Part shown: positions 25,884 to 35,163 of the stretch, in pieces
Position numbering within the stretch: the first letter of the stretch is position 1
Layout of the letters: each line of letters starts with the position of its first letter
Origin: Candidatus Zixiibacteriota bacterium
Lineage (GTDB): Bacteria > Zixibacteria > MSB-5A5 > GN15 > FEB-12
Reading direction: 5' to 3'
Assembly: GCA_020344395.1 (NCBI GenBank)
Contig: CP070824.1
Coordinates: 2,227,470 to 2,264,785 of the forward strand
DNA length: 37,316 bases
Program-made: the position numbers and the translations under genes
Notes under the pieces: generated by a model
What the model was told of the DNA's origin: nothing
What the model saw: only the letters and a program-made list of their open reading frames with translations
Database searches by the model: none

Positions 25884-26638
25884 TTCTCCGCAATTGTTAT
25901 CATCTGTTTGGAAAGACGGGCCGCCCGCTTAGCCGACATCAAGGCCAGCACCTGCGAGGCCTGTTTCTGCTTCATGCGCGGCAGGATAGACACCACGGTG
26001 TCATCATCAAGATTAGCCATAAGCTTGGCTACCGAGCGTGCCTCCATGCCGTCATAAAGCTTGGCCAGATTGGCTGTTCGGGTCGATTCCGCCTGCTCCA
26101 GTTTCAACACCTTCTGGGAAACTTTCTTGTCAAGATTGCGCAGTTCCTTCTCGCGAGACTTGAGGTCCTTCTCCCACTCCGCCAGCCTGGTTTTCTCGGA
26201 TTCTATCCAGTTGACCTCTTTTATGGAATCTTCCGGCGACATTCCACCCGTTTCCCCGGTTGCCAGTTCGCTGTCGACCGGCTGGTAGTCGAGGAATTCC
26301 AGGTTCTTCATGATATTTTCAAGAACCGACTGATCCGTTTCCAACGTGGCCAGGATGGAGTCCTCTTCGCTCTGCGGGCTTTTTGTCTGGGCCGGCTGCT
26401 GTGCTGTTGATCCAGCCTCACCGGTGACCGCCGGTTTCTCTGGTCCCGTGGCTTCGCTTTGTGATGAACCACCGGTGCCGACCAGAAGTAGGGTACCAAC
26501 CACAACTACTACGGTCAGGAACAGTCCGGCCGCACCGAACACGATGTATCTAAGAAACGGGATCTTTGCAGAACTTTTGGATGTGGCTTGCGCCTTTGTT
26601 AAATCCTGATTATCTGCCTGTGTTGTTTCGTCTGCCAT
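25880..26638 (-). CDS. MotE/FlbB/YlxF-like flagellar protein (TM + coiled coil + MgtE_N-like helices)
   Basis: LAKLYDGMEARSVAKLMANLDD..VVSILPRMKQKQASQVLALMSAKRAARLS; upstream of fliK. Confidence 0.85.
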   Translation of the reverse strand: MADETTQADNQDLTKAQATSKSSAKIPFLRYIVFGAAGLFLTVVVVVGTLLLVGTGGSSQSEATGPEKPAVTGEAGSTAQQPAQTKSPQSEEDSILATLETDQSVLENIMKNLEFLDYQPVDSELATGETGGMSPEDSIKEVNWIESEKTRLAEWEKDLKSREKELRNLDKKVSQKVLKLEQAESTRTANLAKLYDGMEARSVAKLMANLDDDTVVSILPRMKQKQASQVLALMSAKRAARLSKQMITIAEN

Positions 26639-26678
26639 ATCTAATCCAGTAAAACGCTATTTCTCCACGCCTGTGATT

Positions 26679-26695
26679 TGCAACCCCCATGCCAA
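26679..26695 (-). promoter_or_regulatory. Sigma54 (-24/-12) promoter heading the flagellar operon
   Basis: TTGGCAT-GGGGG-TTGCA matches TGGCA(C/T)-N5-TTGC(A/T), 40 nt upstream of the ATG. Confidence 0.85.
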
Positions 26696-26911
26696 CCGTT
26701 CGTGTGGCCCGTTAAGCCATTATTGGATCGTGGGTTATGCTGGGCATGACGGCACTGCGGAGACCTCAGCCTCACTTCGTCTGAGAAATAGTTTCCGGCA
26801 CCAGAGGAAAGAATTGAGCGCCCGTGAGCGTCGCGCTGCCACCTCGACGATATGTTTGACGAAGGTCCAGCCCGCATGCATATGGAGGTTGAGTGGACCG
26901 CTCAACTATGC

Positions 26912-28213
26912 CTAAGAAACCACGCCCTCGACATACTTTTCGCAAGCCGACTTGATCGCAACCTTAATAACCTGTCTGCCCCCGGGGAAATCGCGCGGCA
27001 ACTTTACCTTGATATAATTGTCCGCCACCCCCCAGTAAAAGCCGCCATCTGTCTGATGTCCCTCGGCTATGACATCAAGAGTCCTGCCCACCTGCCGTCC
27101 GTTGGCCTGCGCCCGCAGTTCCTTCGAGAGTTCAGTGAGGATTGCGTTCCGCGCTTTGATCACATCCGGGCCGACCTTCTCGGGAAGGGCGGCCGCATGT
27201 GTCCCCGGTCGGTCCGAATAGCTGAATACATGCAGGTAATCAATCAGCCCGGATTCACATATCTCTCTCGTTTCCGCAAAATCCTCAAACGTCTCTCCCG
27301 GAAAGCCAACAATCACATCAGCCCCAATGATAGCTTCCGGTACAGCATCCTTTACTGATTCCAGCCTCCTGAGATACCGCATCTGGTCGTAAGGCCGCCG
27401 CATGATGCGGAGAATGCGCGGTGACCCGGACTGCATCGGGATATGAAAGTGCCGGCAAAGCCGTCCTCTGAACTGCCTATAAACCTCAAGCAACTCATCT
27501 GTTACGGTCTGCGGCTCAATCGATGATATACGCAGCTTGGCAAGGTTCGTTTGATCAAGGATTATCCTGCACAGCCCGGCCAGATTCCCGATCCTGGGTT
27601 CCGACTCGCGCCACCGATAGTGACCGATATTTACCCCGGTCAGCACAACTTCGTTGAAGCCCTGCTCGAGAAGAGTCTTAACCTCTTCGATTATCTCCCC
27701 AGGCGAACGGTTCACCAGCCGTCCTCTCACCGCCGGCAGGACACAGAACGAGCAGCGCTGATTGCATCCATCGGAGATCTTCAACCAGGCGCGGTTGTGA
27801 TCGTGGAAATCGGCTGGCCCTTCAGGCCTGTCGTCGGCGTCCGTATTCGTGAAAAGATCTGGCAGACGGTCGGGAAGGATCTTCCCGATCTCGGACTTCT
27901 GCGCGTTAGGTATGACAACGTCCACCCCCTCCCAATCCGTCATCAAATCCGGCGCTGCATCCACATAACAGCCGGCTACGACTATCGACGCCTCTGGATT
28001 CTCACGGATCGCTCGACTGATAATATTGCGGCTGCTGGAATCGGCTCGGTGCGTCACTGTACACGTATTAATGATATATAGATCGGCGGGCTCGCCATCT
28101 TCGGCCCGAGTAAAGCCAAAGGGATAAAGCTCGGCGGCCATCTTCTCGGTCTCATACTGATTGAGCCGACAGCCAATCGTGTGCACCGACAGCTTCTTTC
28201 TATCCTTTTCCAT
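26912..28213 (-). CDS. mtaB: tRNA t6A37 methylthiotransferase MtaB
   Basis: TIGCRLNQYE, INTCTVT..AD, AGCY, radical SAM GCNQRCSFC, RISSIEP, HFHIPMQSG, HVFSYSDRPGT. Confidence 0.93.
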   Translation of the reverse strand: MEKDRKKLSVHTIGCRLNQYETEKMAAELYPFGFTRAEDGEPADLYIINTCTVTHRADSSSRNIISRAIRENPEASIVVAGCYVDAAPDLMTDWEGVDVVIPNAQKSEIGKILPDRLPDLFTNTDADDRPEGPADFHDHNRAWLKISDGCNQRCSFCVLPAVRGRLVNRSPGEIIEEVKTLLEQGFNEVVLTGVNIGHYRWRESEPRIGNLAGLCRIILDQTNLAKLRISSIEPQTVTDELLEVYRQFRGRLCRHFHIPMQSGSPRILRIMRRPYDQMRYLRRLESVKDAVPEAIIGADVIVGFPGETFEDFAETREICESGLIDYLHVFSYSDRPGTHAAALPEKVGPDVIKARNAILTELSKELRAQANGRQVGRTLDVIAEGHQTDGGFYWGVADNYIKVKLPRDFPGGRQVIKVAIKSACEKYVEGVVS

Positions 28214-28277
28214 CACTCAACAATATAGTGAAACTACCCGCTGGAGCATCTTTTTATTTGGAGCACACAAGCGCTGG

Positions 28278-30953
28278 CTACGGACACGGCGCGAGCGGAA
28301 CATACGATATGAAAAGGTAGTCGATCAACATCGTCAGATCGCCAATATCCTGCCCGGCCTCACCATTCAAGTTTGCTTCATCAGGACAGCAGAAACAGGG
28401 ACTCTCCGGATCGATGAACAGGTAGCTGATGAAACACGTAAGGTCCCCTATATCAACACTTTCTTCGGCATCACAGTTGACATTTCCGGTCACACCGACA
28501 CAACAACTCTCGCATTCATCACCGATTCCGTCATCATCACTGTCAGCCTGGTCGGGGTTATACACATCCGGGCAGTTATCACAGACGTTACCGACGCTAT
28601 CGAGGTCGTCATCCGCCTGCTCGGGGTTTAAAGTATCGCTACAGTTGTCGAATAGCCCCATCGGACAGGATGTATTTTCCTGGTCGGAATCTCCCCAACC
28701 GTCGCCGTCAGAATCAGTGCATGGATCACAGACATCGCCGACCCCGTCACCATCCGCATCCGCCTGATCCGGATTGAAGATACCATCGCAATTATCGCGC
28801 AGGCCGCCTGTCGGGCAGAACCAGTTGCTGAATGCCGTATCTCCCCACCCGTCACCGTCCGTGTCGGTGCACGGATCGCAGATATCCCCAATTCCGTCAG
28901 CATCCGTATCAGTCGTATCATCGCTGGCCACTCCGGGGCAGTTGTCTTCCGGACATGTGTTTGCCGGATAACCCGGATCACCGTAGCCGTCGCTATCGCT
29001 ATCAGTACAAACGTCACAACTGTCGCCGATACCATCCTCGTCTTCATCTGTCTGGCTCGGATTCACGACGCCGTAGCAGTTGTCGCACGAATCACCGACA
29101 CCATCCGAATCTGCATCGGGTTGGCCCGGATCGAACACCAGGTCGCACACATCGATATCACCGCAGATACCGTCATCGTCGATATCATTATCCTGATCAT
29201 ATGGACACTCGTCGCAGATATCGCCGTGACCATCGCCGTCGGCATCAGTTTGATCAGGATTCGGCACCATGGGGCAATTGTCAAGCAGATCACAGATCAG
29301 ATCGCTGTCGGCATCGGTGCAATCCCAGCAGTTAACACCTCTCGCTCCAATGAGTGTGCCGCACTGATTGAATATAGAGCCCGGAGCACACGGCGAGCCG
29401 GCATCGATGGTGAGATCATGTACCGCTGTATCGCAGAAGAACGGAGTGAGAGACATATTGCCGTCCGTCCAGAGTTGATCGGCGTAACTGCCAATCCAGT
29501 CTCCCCCCGCGTTTCCGTAGATATCACAGCACTCAAGGACAACAACAGTGTGCGCACCTCTCGTGCTTATTGTCGCAATAGCGCCGCCGGATTGACCGTA
29601 GGAGAGAATGCAACCTTTGAGTTCCGCATGCACGCCCTGTACACAGAGAGCACTGCCGCCATAATCAGCTGAGTTATCATAAAAAGTGCAGTTGACCAAC
29701 TGCATATAACCCCAAGAGACAGCACAGACAGCACCGCCGTACTTACTCACGTTACGCACGAAGAGACAACGGGATATTCTGGGGCCGGAGTCAGCACCAG
29801 TCAAAAGCACATCCGCAGGGCCTGAATCATAGCCGGGGAATGAAGGTCGGCCTATGTTGATCGCTCCACCCGGATACTCCGCCCCGTTGTCGACAAACAC
29901 ACAATTCTCGATGGTTGGCGAAGCACTATCAGTTAATATAGCCCCTCCCTCCCAATGGTAGCCATTTTTGATTGTGAAGCCGCTCACGAGCGACGTTGAG
30001 TCCTCGCCTGATACAAACCGAAACGCGCGGTGAAGATCGGTGGAATCTGCCTCACAGTCGATGATTGTCTGCTCGGGACCATTTTCCGACAGGAGAACCA
30101 GGTCCTTTCCGCCGAAATCGAGGTCACGGTTTCCTGGACCCGCATAAGTGCCTGGTCCGATAAGTACGGTGTCGCCGTGACCGAGTGCCGCTGAGTCGAT
30201 TCCCTCCTGTATGGTCTGAAAGTCGCCCGGCACATGTATGGTAACGGGTGGAATTGCGGTACAGCATATGGTCGCCTCAACCAGAAGAGCATCGTCCTCT
30301 CCATACAGGTCGAATAGGGTGCTCCATTCGCTGTCATGAAACGCGCTGGAACGATACTCCCCGGCATGCGGTCCCGTTGCTGAATCAGATATGCACACGA
30401 GCCGGTCGCCGGGCCCTCCAATCATAGTCCAGCCTATATGGAAGTCCTCACCGTCAACGAACGCACGCCCAAAAGCCGAGAAGTCTGCCTCAACCCAATC
30501 AGCAGACGACGGCAACACCTCGTACGGTATATCAACTGAGTCCAGAACCTGACCCGGCAGACCAGTTCCATCATCGGCCCAGACGTATACTCGCATGTCA
30601 GGCGTACCGAGCTTGGAATAGCCGAGCACGAGTATTCGAACAACTTCAAGGCTGCAGACATACCCTGGTTCAGCCGTGAATCGAGTGGCGAAATGGCTGT
30701 TAAGGCTGGATGAGGTTATCTGCCAACCCCAAAACGCAGTCGCAGAATCATCATAGTAGTACTCTATCCAGCAAGTGTCGGCGAAGCTTGCCGGGGAAAC
30801 GCTACCTGTAACGGATGGAAGCGGGGCGTTAACACTTCGGGCGAGGTCCCGGTCAGGCAGTTCGGTAGCGTCTGCTTGCGCGGTCAGACAACATACCACC
30901 GCGATCGTCACGCCTGCGATCACACGGATCAAGCACCTGAGACTCAGGTTCAT
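28278..30953 (-). CDS. Large secreted protein: N-terminal beta domain, right-handed beta-helix, thrombospondin type 3 repeats, C-terminal dockerin-like domain
   Basis: Signal peptide ending near AQADA; VPGDFQTIQEGID..GDTVLIGPGTY; GGAI / FxxN repeats; DNCP..NPDQxDxDxDGxGDxCD repeats; duplicated DIGDLT..I.YLF. Confidence 0.87.
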   Translation of the reverse strand: MNLSLRCLIRVIAGVTIAVVCCLTAQADATELPDRDLARSVNAPLPSVTGSVSPASFADTCWIEYYYDDSATAFWGWQITSSSLNSHFATRFTAEPGYVCSLEVVRILVLGYSKLGTPDMRVYVWADDGTGLPGQVLDSVDIPYEVLPSSADWVEADFSAFGRAFVDGEDFHIGWTMIGGPGDRLVCISDSATGPHAGEYRSSAFHDSEWSTLFDLYGEDDALLVEATICCTAIPPVTIHVPGDFQTIQEGIDSAALGHGDTVLIGPGTYAGPGNRDLDFGGKDLVLLSENGPEQTIIDCEADSTDLHRAFRFVSGEDSTSLVSGFTIKNGYHWEGGAILTDSASPTIENCVFVDNGAEYPGGAINIGRPSFPGYDSGPADVLLTGADSGPRISRCLFVRNVSKYGGAVCAVSWGYMQLVNCTFYDNSADYGGSALCVQGVHAELKGCILSYGQSGGAIATISTRGAHTVVVLECCDIYGNAGGDWIGSYADQLWTDGNMSLTPFFCDTAVHDLTIDAGSPCAPGSIFNQCGTLIGARGVNCWDCTDADSDLICDLLDNCPMVPNPDQTDADGDGHGDICDECPYDQDNDIDDDGICGDIDVCDLVFDPGQPDADSDGVGDSCDNCYGVVNPSQTDEDEDGIGDSCDVCTDSDSDGYGDPGYPANTCPEDNCPGVASDDTTDTDADGIGDICDPCTDTDGDGWGDTAFSNWFCPTGGLRDNCDGIFNPDQADADGDGVGDVCDPCTDSDGDGWGDSDQENTSCPMGLFDNCSDTLNPEQADDDLDSVGNVCDNCPDVYNPDQADSDDDGIGDECESCCVGVTGNVNCDAEESVDIGDLTCFISYLFIDPESPCFCCPDEANLNGEAGQDIGDLTMLIDYLFISYVPLAPCP
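28510..29320 (-). repeat. Thrombospondin type 3 (Ca-binding) coding repeats
   Basis: Multiple DxDxDGxGDxCD / DNCPxxxNPxQ units; boundaries approximate. Confidence 0.85.
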
Positions 30954-31017
30954 ACGTCCCTCCCGCTATGAGTGACACAAACAGGGAGCCCTGCCCGGGC
31001 TCACCTGTGCTCAGTAC

Positions 31018-31045
31018 ATTATGATCGATTTTCACAGTTTGTCAA
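31018..31045 (-). promoter_or_regulatory. Putative sigma70 promoter of the TSP3/dockerin gene
   Basis: TTGACA-N16-CATAAT; SD GGGAGG before ATG 30953. Confidence 0.65.
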
Positions 31046-31182
31046 GGATTCAGTGGGGCACCACAGAGCCGGGCTCAGGATCGATTGGTGACTCAATGGA
31101 GGGCGGTCTTGCGCCATGCCATAACAAAGATGAGCACATTTGGCGGTCGTCTTGATTCCCCCACAGAGTCCCGATTAGAGAC

Positions 31183-31218
31183 AAAGAAAAACAGCGACCC
31201 GACCGGGCCGCTGTTTCT
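31183..31218 (-). terminator. Intrinsic terminator after rpsA
   Basis: AAACAGCGGCCC-GGTC-GGGTCGCTGTTT hairpin followed by TTCTTT. Confidence 0.85.
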
Positions 31219-31241
31219 GATTCAGTCCGTAAACCTTCGGA

Positions 31242-33482
31242 CTATTCGGTCTTCTCCTCGGGAGACTCACCAGCCGGTGCATCCCCGGAAGACTCCTCCT
31301 CGCCCGCAGCTGCTTCGTCCACGGATCCGCTCTCAGACAGCTCTGTGCTGGTCGTCTCGTCAGGTTCCTCCACGACCCCTGTCCCTTCATCCAGGTCAGG
31401 GGTGTGTTCTGATTCCCTGGCTTCAGGAACGTCGGCGGTCTCAGCAGCAGTTTCAGCCGGTGCCGCGACGTCAGCCGGGGTTGTCGGCGCGGCGGGCTCT
31501 TCCGGCACGGCCTGCGACGCCGCAGCCCTGATGTCATCGGGCATCGCATCGCCCACAGTACCCGCCGAAGCAGTGGTGTGTTCGGCCAGGTACTGCTCGT
31601 ACTCAGTCCGTTCCCGCTTCTTATAGTACGCCACAACCGAGAGAACAATCTTGTGCTGAACGCGATCAAACTCAATGACCTGAAGGGGGATTTCCTCACC
31701 CTCCCTGAAAAAGCCGGTAGGGTTGGCCATCTCTCGGGACCCAAGCTGACTGCTCGGGACAAATCCCTCCACGCCATCGCCCACATCCACGACTACCCCG
31801 CGGTCCAGCACCTTCACTATGGAGCCGAGACACTCTGTCCCGATCGCCAGTTTCTCGGCCAGAACCGGCCAGGGATCCTCAACCAGCTGCTTATAACCGA
31901 GAGAGATCCGTCGAGTGTCATGATCAATCCTGATCACCTTAACATCGACCGTGTCCCCCTTCTTCATGATTTCCGACGGATGTTGAACTCTCCGGGTCCA
32001 GGACATATCGGAAATATGCACCAGACCGTCAATCCCCTCCTCCAGTTCGACAAAGGCTCCAAAGGCGGTAAGATTCCGTACCTTGCCCGTGACAACCTTG
32101 TCGATAGGATATCTATCTTCAATTGTCAGCCAGGGATCCGGTTCCATCTGCTTGATACCGAGCGATATCTTCTCATTGTCTTTGTCAACTGAGAGGACTA
32201 TCGCGTCAACCTGGTCATTGACACTCATGATCTTGGAGGGATGCTTGATGTGCTGAGTCCAGGACATCTCTGATATGTGAATCAACCCCTCTATCCCCTT
32301 CTCCAGCTCGACAAAGGCACCGTAATCTGTAATGGAGACTACCCGTCCCGTCACTTTCTTGCCGACCGGGTATTTTCCCTCAATGTCCTCCCACGGATAT
32401 GGTGTCATTTGCTTCAGCCCGAGCGATATACGCGAGGTCTTGTCGTCAAAATCAAGGATCTTGACATCGATCTTGTCGCCCAACGATACCACTTCCGATG
32501 GATGCCTGATGCGGCCCCATGACATATCCGTAATATGCAGCAGGCCGTCCACACCACCCATGTCTATAAAGACACCAAAATCGGTGATATTTTTGACCGC
32601 ACCCTGGCGTATCTGTCCGACTTCGATCTCGTTGAGTAATTTACCGCGCATCTCTTCGCGCTCTTCCTCGAGCACCACGCGCCGTGAAACGACAATATTG
32701 CGTCGGTTCTTATTCAGCTTGATAATTTTGACTTCCATCATTCGGTCGATGAGGGCGTCGAAATCAGGCACCTGACGCAGTGATATCTGAGAACCCGGGA
32801 GGAACGCGTCCACACCCAGGATGTCAACCACCACGCCACCCTTGATACGACGGGCCACCCGTCCCTCGATGGTGTCGCCGGCATCATGTACCTGGCGGAT
32901 CTTGTCCCAGACTCGCATGAAATCGGCCTTCTGCTTTGACAGAATCAACTGGCCGTTGGAGTCCTCGATCTGCTCGAGAAAGACCTCGATCGCATCACCC
33001 ACGGCGATGTTGATGGGACGCGGAAATTCGCCGATGGGGATAATCCCCTCGGATTTGAAGCCGACATCCACGATCACATCATCCATGGTCACGCCGAGCA
33101 CACGACCGTTGACGATCTCCCCCTCCTTGATGTCCTTGATGGTGGAGTCATACATTGCCACCATGGCGTCGTAATCAACTTTGTCATATACGACACCCGA
33201 GACATCTGTGATCTTTACTGCTTTTACCTCCGGGACTACTTCGGCGGCCGGCTCCCGTGATACCCTGGTTCGAGCTCTCTCAGCTACCCGCTCCCGCCGA
33301 GCGGTCATCACCAACTCCTGCTGACTCTGGTCCTCTGCCTTTACAGCAGCACCCGTGGCCTCAGTGACCTTGGTCTTGGTGATTTTGGTCTTGACCTTGC
33401 TGGTCTTTCTGCCGCTGGACGCCTTGCGCTTGGACGCCTTCCTGGCGGCAGTTTTGGTTGTTGTTTTTTTGGCCGTTGCCAT
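31242..33482 (-). CDS. rpsA: 30S ribosomal protein S1 with basic N-terminal and acidic C-terminal extensions
   Basis: Six S1 domains (VDVGFKSEG, AFLPGSQI, DGLLHITDMSW, EGLIHISEMSW, DGLVHISDMSW, EGFVPSSQL); start ATG 33482 chosen, downstream of GGAGG. Confidence 0.95.
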   Translation of the reverse strand: MATAKKTTTKTAARKASKRKASSGRKTSKVKTKITKTKVTEATGAAVKAEDQSQQELVMTARRERVAERARTRVSREPAAEVVPEVKAVKITDVSGVVYDKVDYDAMVAMYDSTIKDIKEGEIVNGRVLGVTMDDVIVDVGFKSEGIIPIGEFPRPINIAVGDAIEVFLEQIEDSNGQLILSKQKADFMRVWDKIRQVHDAGDTIEGRVARRIKGGVVVDILGVDAFLPGSQISLRQVPDFDALIDRMMEVKIIKLNKNRRNIVVSRRVVLEEEREEMRGKLLNEIEVGQIRQGAVKNITDFGVFIDMGGVDGLLHITDMSWGRIRHPSEVVSLGDKIDVKILDFDDKTSRISLGLKQMTPYPWEDIEGKYPVGKKVTGRVVSITDYGAFVELEKGIEGLIHISEMSWTQHIKHPSKIMSVNDQVDAIVLSVDKDNEKISLGIKQMEPDPWLTIEDRYPIDKVVTGKVRNLTAFGAFVELEEGIDGLVHISDMSWTRRVQHPSEIMKKGDTVDVKVIRIDHDTRRISLGYKQLVEDPWPVLAEKLAIGTECLGSIVKVLDRGVVVDVGDGVEGFVPSSQLGSREMANPTGFFREGEEIPLQVIEFDRVQHKIVLSVVAYYKKRERTEYEQYLAEHTTASAGTVGDAMPDDIRAAASQAVPEEPAAPTTPADVAAPAETAAETADVPEARESEHTPDLDEGTGVVEEPDETTSTELSESGSVDEAAAGEEESSGDAPAGESPEEKTE

Positions 33483-33587
33483 GTCTCTAAAATAAACCTC
33501 CATCGATTCCAACGGTCTTGAATTTTCCCTCGGGAAACCGTCGGACGGCCCACTCATGGACAATCAAGATTGCAGAGCAAGCCCACC

Positions 33588-33615
33588 AGTATACGAAAAA
33601 TCCGCGAATTGCCAA
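33588..33615 (-). promoter_or_regulatory. Putative sigma70 promoter of rpsA
   Basis: TTGGCA-N16-TATACT in the plsC-rpsA gap. Confidence 0.6.
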
Positions 33616-33646
33616 GTTCTTTTTGGTCAAATCGTGATTTTTCACT

Positions 33647-34294
33647 TTAGTCGACCGATTTATCAGAACCTTTAAGTCCGGTCACACGCCGGCGGATCTC
33701 CCCGATCCGCACCATCACAGATTGAGCCACGGCCCTGAAGTTCTCTTTCCCGGACTTGCCGTCAGCCGCTTCTGAAGGCAGAAGAGGCGTGCCCAGAGTC
33801 ACTGACATTCTCTTGCGACCCAGGAAGCAGTCCAAGAGCCTGTCGGTGCCGTGAAGATAGCATGGCACTATCGGAACTTCTGTCTCGAGTGCGATTTTTC
33901 CTATCCCTACTTTTGGCTCCAGGAACCGACCCGTCCGTGATCTTGTGCCCTCAGGGAATAGCACCAGTCCGAAGTCAGATCGTATCACCTCGAGAGCCGC
34001 AGCCAGAGCATGCCGATCAATCGATCCGCGGCGCAGGGGTATCGCATTGACGCGCCTGAGGATGCGCCCGAACAGCCAGTTCTTGAAAAGCTCTTTCTTT
34101 GCCAGAAAGTACACTTCCCGGTTAAGCCACGAACCGGCCACCAAAGGATCATAATATGATACATGGTTGGAAGCGAGGATGAAGCCACCCCGGGCAGGTA
34201 GATTGTCCCTCCCGGTAACTCTGATCCTGAACAGCACCGAAGTCAGAAGGCGCGTCAGGCTCCAGCCCAGATAGTACAGAATCTTGATTCTCAC
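33647..34294 (-). CDS. plsC: 1-acyl-sn-glycerol-3-phosphate acyltransferase
   Basis: SNHVSYYD (HxxxxD), FLAKKELF, FPEGTRS, VPIVP; GTGA overlap with cmk. Confidence 0.9.
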   Translation of the reverse strand: MRIKILYYLGWSLTRLLTSVLFRIRVTGRDNLPARGGFILASNHVSYYDPLVAGSWLNREVYFLAKKELFKNWLFGRILRRVNAIPLRRGSIDRHALAAALEVIRSDFGLVLFPEGTRSRTGRFLEPKVGIGKIALETEVPIVPCYLHGTDRLLDCFLGRKRMSVTLGTPLLPSEAADGKSGKENFRAVAQSVMVRIGEIRRRVTGLKGSDKSVD

Positions 34295-34992
34295 GACATG
34301 GCGGTCTTGAAAATAGTAAGAACCCGCTCGACCTGATCTTCGACAGTGCAGTTGCTCGTGTCGACGACATAAGCGTCGCTGGCCCTGGTCAACGGCGAAT
34401 GCTCCCGGGTGGAATCGTATCTATCCCGCCGCTCAAGGTCTGCGATTTGATCTTCAATGGTGGTGGCAACGCCGGCGCGGGCAAGATCAATGAGCCGTCG
34501 CTGAGCTCTCTGCTCAGCGGTCGCCTGCAGATATATTTTTAGATTGGCGTCCGGGAATACCACCGTCGTGGTGTCGCGACCTTCGGCCACAACTGAGCCC
34601 TTTTCGCCGATCTTGCGCTGCTTGGAGACCATAGCCTCCCGCACTCCAGGATGGGCCGACACCTCTGACACAGCCGCTGTAACTTCCGGGGAACGTATCT
34701 CTTCGGTTACATCCTCACCAGCCAGGAACACCCGGTTTACGCTCTCACCGGTCTCGAAGCCTATGGAGAGCTTCTGCGCCAGTGCCGTCAGGGCTCCCTC
34801 ATCCCCGGGAGAGATTCCGTGCCGGAGCGCGAAATAGGTCAGGGCGCGATACATCGCACCCGTATCGAGATACTTGTACCCCAGCCTGGCCGCTACCAGG
34901 CGCGCCGTAGTTGACTTGCCGGATCCGGCCGGGCCGTCAATCGCGATCACCTTATCCTTTAACCAGCTCAGGTTGTAAGTCATTTCGTCCAT
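34291..34992 (-). CDS. cmk: Cytidylate kinase
   Basis: IAIDGPAGSGKST, LDTGAMYRA, EGRDTTTVVFPDA, RDRYDSTREHSPL; start ATG 34992 (or 34983). Confidence 0.96.
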   Translation of the reverse strand: MDEMTYNLSWLKDKVIAIDGPAGSGKSTTARLVAARLGYKYLDTGAMYRALTYFALRHGISPGDEGALTALAQKLSIGFETGESVNRVFLAGEDVTEEIRSPEVTAAVSEVSAHPGVREAMVSKQRKIGEKGSVVAEGRDTTTVVFPDANLKIYLQATAEQRAQRRLIDLARAGVATTIEDQIADLERRDRYDSTREHSPLTRASDAYVVDTSNCTVEDQVERVLTIFKTAMS

Positions 34993-34999
34993 GGCGATG

Positions 35000-35028
35000 A
35001 ATCTACGCCGCCGGCTTTGGCATCGCAA
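35000..35028 (-). promoter_or_regulatory. Putative sigma70 promoter of cmk (leaderless or near-leaderless)
   Basis: TTGCGA-N17-TAGATT ending 7 nt before the ATG; no SD. Confidence 0.6.
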
Positions 35029-35163
35029 GATGAAAGTATCGCCGGCCAGACTAGCCCCGGAGACTTGTTTTCACGCGATTTCCTGCCGGCACACATGGCC
35101 CGCTACAGGTTCTGCCACAGGACCGGTCACTTAAGTTCCCGAAGGACCAGGGTGATGGAGACC

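Noticed and set aside
28510-29320. Repetitive DNA considered as a CRISPR or DGR-type repeat
   Set aside because: Degenerate in-frame TSP3 coding repeats; no identical direct repeats with spacers, and no cas or reverse transcriptase gene
31175-31786. 203-aa alternative-frame ORF overlapping the rpsA 3' end
   Set aside because: Arg/Pro-rich off-frame reading of the low-complexity acidic tail; it runs through the terminator
33483-33563. Longer ORF-caller starts for rpsA (likewise cmk 35028, receiver 3760, PilZ 7056 and 6298)
   Set aside because: They overlap or abut predicted promoters or upstream genes, or lack an SD; downstream ATGs fit SD or coupling better
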